A stretch of 64,000 bases of DNA from Podarcis bocagei (Eukaryota): assembly GCA_964188305.1 (NCBI GenBank), contig OZ076888.1; one strand, written 5' to 3'. The position numbers and the translations under genes are program-made. Below the pieces are notes generated by a model. The model did not search any database and was not told the DNA's origin. It worked only from the letters and a program-made list of their open reading frames with translations. Positions 59,781 to 64,000 of this stretch are shown here, one piece after another; the stretch's first letter is position 1; each line of letters begins with the position of its first letter.

Positions 59781-59999
59781 CAGTAGTAGATAGGTAGCCG
59801 TGTTGGTCTGCCATAGTCAAAATAAAAAAAAATCCTTCCAGTAGCACCTTAAAGACCAACTAAGTTAGTTCTTGGTATGAGCTTTCGTGTGCATGCACAC
59901 TTCTTCAGATACGAAGAAGTGTGCATGCACACGAAAGCTCATACCAAGAACTAACTTAGTTGGTCTTTAAGGTGCTACTGGAAGGAATTTTTTTTATTT
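59781..59999. mobile_element. Foldback Penelope-like (Neptune-type) pLTR insertion
   Basis: 89-bp inverted arms 59818-59906 and 59913-60001 (1 mismatch, 6-nt loop); 12-bp TSD TGGAAAATGATG (59769-59780, 60000-60011). The gtagccgtgttggtctg...gcaccttaaagac signature is what I recall from reptile Penelope elements. Confidence 0.85.
59875..59912 (-). ncRNA. Minimal type I hammerhead ribozyme motif
   Basis: Minus strand reads GUAU-CUGAAGA-a-GUGUG-caug-CACAC-GAAA-G-CUC-AUAC: 4-bp stem I, 5-bp stem II, palindromic AGCU stem III, CUC cleavage triplet. Confidence 0.85.
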
Positions 60000-60575
60000 T
60001 GGAAAATGATGGTTAATGAAATTTTCAGTCTCCTCTACTTTTTGAAACAGGATTAAGTTGATTCTTAGTCATCTATATCCTAGCTCTTATGCTCCCCAGA
60101 GAACAGTCAAGGTGTTTTATATTTCTGCTCTGATCTTGAAAAAAGGGTCAGCAGAATATAGTCATAGAAATGACTGGTAGCTTATTTTACCAGAATACCT
60201 TGGCAGAATACATCTGAACATGTTGAGAGTTCTTTTTTTCCAGAAAACAACAATCACCGTCCTGTCCTTGAGCTCCAGGTCAGAAGAAGATGCTCCTATA
60301 TCCCTGGCTGGGAAATGAGGTTAGGCTTCTGAGGCTGAGCATGAAACTGGTGGTCATGGGTCTGCAAATTCTGATGATTATGGTCTGGAGGCTGCTGGAG
60401 CTGAGCCAGAAACATCATAGAAGCCTCCACCCAAGCCCAACTTTCTGGAGTCAAGTGACTTCCATACCACTTACTCTCAACTCATATAGTCTTATGTACT
60501 GACTTGCCCTCAACATGTCTGATGGCAGGGGTGCCAGTTTCACTACCACTAAATCCTTCATTTGTTAGAAAATGT

Positions 60576-60917
60576 GTAAAAGGTAAAGGGACCCCTGACC
60601 ATTAGGTCCAGTTGTGACCGACTCTGGGGTTGCGGCGCTCATCTCGCTTTAATGGCCGAGGGAGCTAGTGTACAGCTTCCAGGTCATGTGGCCAGCATGA
60701 CTAAGCTGCTTCTGGCGAACCAGAGCAGTGCACGGAAATGCTGTTTACCTTACCTTACCTATTTATCTACTTGCACTTTGACGTGCTTTCGAACTGCTAG
60801 GTTGGCAGGAGCAGGGACCAAGCAATGGGAGCTCAGCCCGTTGTGGGGATTTGAACCGCCAACATTCTGATAGGCAAGTCCTAGACTCTGTGGTTTAACC
60901 CACAGCGTCACCCGTGT
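60576..60917 (-). mobile_element. Sauria SINE
   Basis: Reverse complement of the 13983/33347 copies, including the accttt tail. Confidence 0.9.
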
Positions 60918-61100
60918 GTACTTCAATGCATATTTACACACACACAGAAGGAGAGGGAGAGAGATAGACAGGCAGACAGACAAACTTATGAATAACATAT
61001 AGACTTATGAGTGAACACAAGCAAAAGTCATGTAGACCAAAGCTATACTGATCCATCCATTCCTAGCACATAGACCTGCATGATTACTTTAACATAATTA

Positions 61101-61342
61101 CAGTGGTACCTCGGGTAACATACACTTCAGGTTACATACGCTTCAGGTTACAGACTCTGCTAATCCAGAAATAGTACCTCGGGTTAAGAACTTTGCTTCA
61201 GGATGAGAACGGAAATCATGCTCTGGTGGCACACCAGCAGCAGGAGGCCCCATTAGCTAAAGTGGTGCTTCAGGTTAAGAACAGTTTCAAGTTAAGAATG
61301 GACCTCCGGAATGAATTAAGTTCTTAACCCGAGGTACTACTG
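61101..61342. mobile_element. Tc1/mariner MITE (51301 family, opposite orientation)
   Basis: TIRs cagtggtacctcgggt / acccgaggtactactg; TA flanks. Confidence 0.9.
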
Positions 61343-64000
61343 TATATTCAGCATACCACATCCTTCAATGGTCCTTCCTGCCCTTCAATGACAGAAGTAA
61401 CCATGCTGATTGGAGTAAATGTAAATGAGATTTTAGAGGTGGCCAAAGATGTGACAGTCAGCTTGATGTGGCCTCCAAGTCAGAATAGTAGCATGTGAAA
61501 TGGTACTTACACTCTCTGCACACTGTTTTCCACTGTAACTATGACAAGTGCAGAATGTGATAAGTTTGTGTAGGGAATGCTTCCTCTGTTATCCAGAAAC
61601 TGAATGAGTGAAGTATGGTTATTCTGTTGCCTGCCTCTTTTGTCTCCTAGTATTCTTATATCTTCCACTATTTTTATTTAAACTCTGCTGCCCCCATTTA
61701 TTCATTTAGCATTAGGTTTCCTCCCCAGGAACTATAGAGAAAATTTTTTAAAAAGAAAAGTAGGGAAGGAAAGCAATGAAGCTGGGAAAGAGTGAAGGCT
61801 AGCCAATTATTAAACACAGGGAGGATCAACATTCTCTGCTAGTTTAAACCATAAATGGAAAGTCTCTTCTTTAAAACTATATGAAGGCAATTTATTAGCA
61901 TCCATGAAGGAGCTGCTTTTATAAATGGCACTTCAGTTTATGTCATGATGATATATTTAGGCACATACAAATATTTGGCTATTCCTTATCCTATTCTGCA
62001 GTCAGAACACAATCTTTGGCAGTGTGCTTATGAGTGTGGATCTTCACTTTATCTGTTTATAATAAGGAATCAATTTGGAAGTTATACATCCCCAGTATTA
62101 TGCATGGACACTTTACTTAAATGGTACCTTCTGGCTATTTAATTATATCTCTTAACACCACAGAGAGAGACAGAGTGATTATATACCAGGAGCCACAGAC
62201 AAGGTAATTATGTACCTGTTAAGCCTGTGTGATAGTTAAAGTATAGTCTTTGCCAACAGATGGTATTCTGTAGGAAATAACCACTTTACAAAGATGTTTG
62301 TACATAGGAAAGCCTTTTCAATACCGTGAAGTTGTTTCCTGGAAATCTAGTTGATTTGGCATAGACAAACCTAAGCATCTGAAGCAGTGTGTATATGCAT
62401 CCAATCAGAGAATCAGAATGATTTCCATATTTAAAGTCTTTAACTTGGGACTTAGAAATCTAATTCCTTTCAATTTTGGTATAAGCATCTATGGGTTGTC
62501 AAAGATGTTTGCAGCGACGTCTTGGATATGGCAGAGATAGCCACAAATTAAGTGCCAATTCTATGCTCCCATGTGTAGCCCAACATTCTGAAGACATTTG
62601 CAACCAAATATGCAAGCCATGTATGAAGGAACACCTAAGTTTTAAACAGCATCCCATTCATTTCAGGGGGCCAGTACAGCTTAAATCCAAGTGCTTATGC
62701 TTAAGTGGGTGGCCATTCTGTCCATTACTCTCTAAAATGTCTGTTGCTTTCAACAGGGATCATGACCCTAACTGACTATTTGAAAAAAGAAGGGACACCC
62801 CCCCCACTCGTATATACTTGTTTAGTGCCCCTGAAAACAAAGTATCTGCATTTGACTGAAGTTCCACGGTTCAGATCATGTAATTTGCAGTATACATACA
62901 AGTGATGGTATTTCTGACTGAAAGTTGAATGAAGATACCAACATTGCTCTGCCAATAAACAGCTGCTTACGACAGAATATTCCTGATTATATGTGGCCAC
63001 AAAGAAGCCATAAAATCATCATTATGCTACAGAGATGGTACACTGGAGTAGCAAAAACATATGCTAGTGCAAATTTATGGATCAGAATTCCAGTCTTTCT
63101 TAACAAGACATGACTAGCTCCATAAGCATAGTTTACAGCACATTCAAAATGCACCCCCCATTTCCAATTAAAGAATAATGTACTACAGAAAAAACCCTTA
63201 AAATGCTGCTTTCTTTTCCACAGGACATGCTTGCATTGAATGCAAGCAATGCTGGTTGTATGTCCCTGCCAGCTACATGGACCAGCACATTCTATATTGC
63301 CATATTTGTTTACAATGTGGTGTTGTTGTTTTTTTCATTTTTCATATATAACAATTGTCTGAAAATTTGCCATACATAGAAGTCATATAGTATTTGGTTT
63401 GGTTAGTCTGTTATACACTGCTGCCTATTTTGTTGAAAAGCACTGAAACAGAAACACACACACACACACACCCCTCTCCAAACTGAGCTTAAACCAACAT
63501 TAGTAGTAGAACTATCTAGTCTGCCCTTCATTGGTTTATTCGTTTAGGATGAATTGTAATGGAAATGTGGAGGACCTGGGTATTGCAAGGAGTTGGTGGT
63601 GTACCACAATGGCTCTTTTTGTGTCTGCACCTTATTTTGGGTATCTGGGATCCTTTAACTATTAGCCAGTCACATTTCTTATGTTGTGTTTTGACACCTA
63701 CTGAAGCTCCTGGCAGGGCTTCAAGGTCAGTCACCTGTGAAAGGAGCACTGATGTCTAGTCACATAGTCTCTTGGAAACTCTCATGAACCTCAGCATAGA
63801 CCAAGAACACAGAAGATGCTACAAACTGGCCATTGCAGGAGTCTGTCCATTGCTTTAATGAGGGGGATCTCTGCCTTTTGCTTTTGCTTTGCTCTTTGTT
63901 CCTTGGTTTGTTTTCTCATTCTGCCTGAAAATGAAATCTATCAAGGAAAATAATCTGTGTGCCATTTGCATTGTCCAAATACTAATACAAATACTAATAC

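Noticed and set aside
59913-59944. Second hammerhead on the plus arm of the foldback
   Set aside because: The catalytic core is incomplete (CGAAGA instead of CUGAAGA) and the 5' strand of stem I is missing.
389-63759. Remaining short ORFs (60-135 aa) in the track
   Set aside because: No recognisable domains; they fall in intronic, repeat or microsatellite sequence at the frequency expected by chance.
35842-64000. Next upstream CLSTN2 exon (expected ...NRHHYALYVHNCRLVFLLRKDF...EFHWKLDQ)
   Set aside because: Not found by eye; a ccagtggaa hit near 58667 does not extend. It probably lies beyond the window, but a tblastn search would be decisive.

Overview
Vertebrate genomic DNA, almost certainly a squamate and probably a lacertid lizard (inferred from Sauria SINE, Squam3-type SINE, BovB and reptile Penelope content). 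The window holds the 3' part of calsyntenin-2 (CLSTN2) on the minus strand: nine coding exons (35841 down to the stop at 1491; 1539 nt, all GT-AG and phase-consistent), 3' UTR sequence at the left end, and over 28 kb of one large intron at the right. The introns are dense with transposons: SINEs, BovB/L2/CR1/L1 fragments, Tc1/mariner and hAT MITEs, and solo LTRs with 5-bp TSDs. The most interesting material is two Penelope-like element (PLE) insertions carrying hammerhead ribozyme (HHR) motifs. (1) A 4.2-kb composite (41948-46177) has an uninterrupted RT + GIY-YIG ORF, inverted and direct pseudo-LTRs and three HHR motifs. A (TA)n tract leaves an upstream ATG frame one TA unit out of register with the RT ORF. 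(2) A 219-bp near-perfect foldback (59781-59999, 12-bp TSD) is built around a complete minimal HHR from a different PLE family. Two of the four complete HHR motifs lie on the CLSTN2 sense strand. Exon numbers and repeat family names come from recall, not from database searches.
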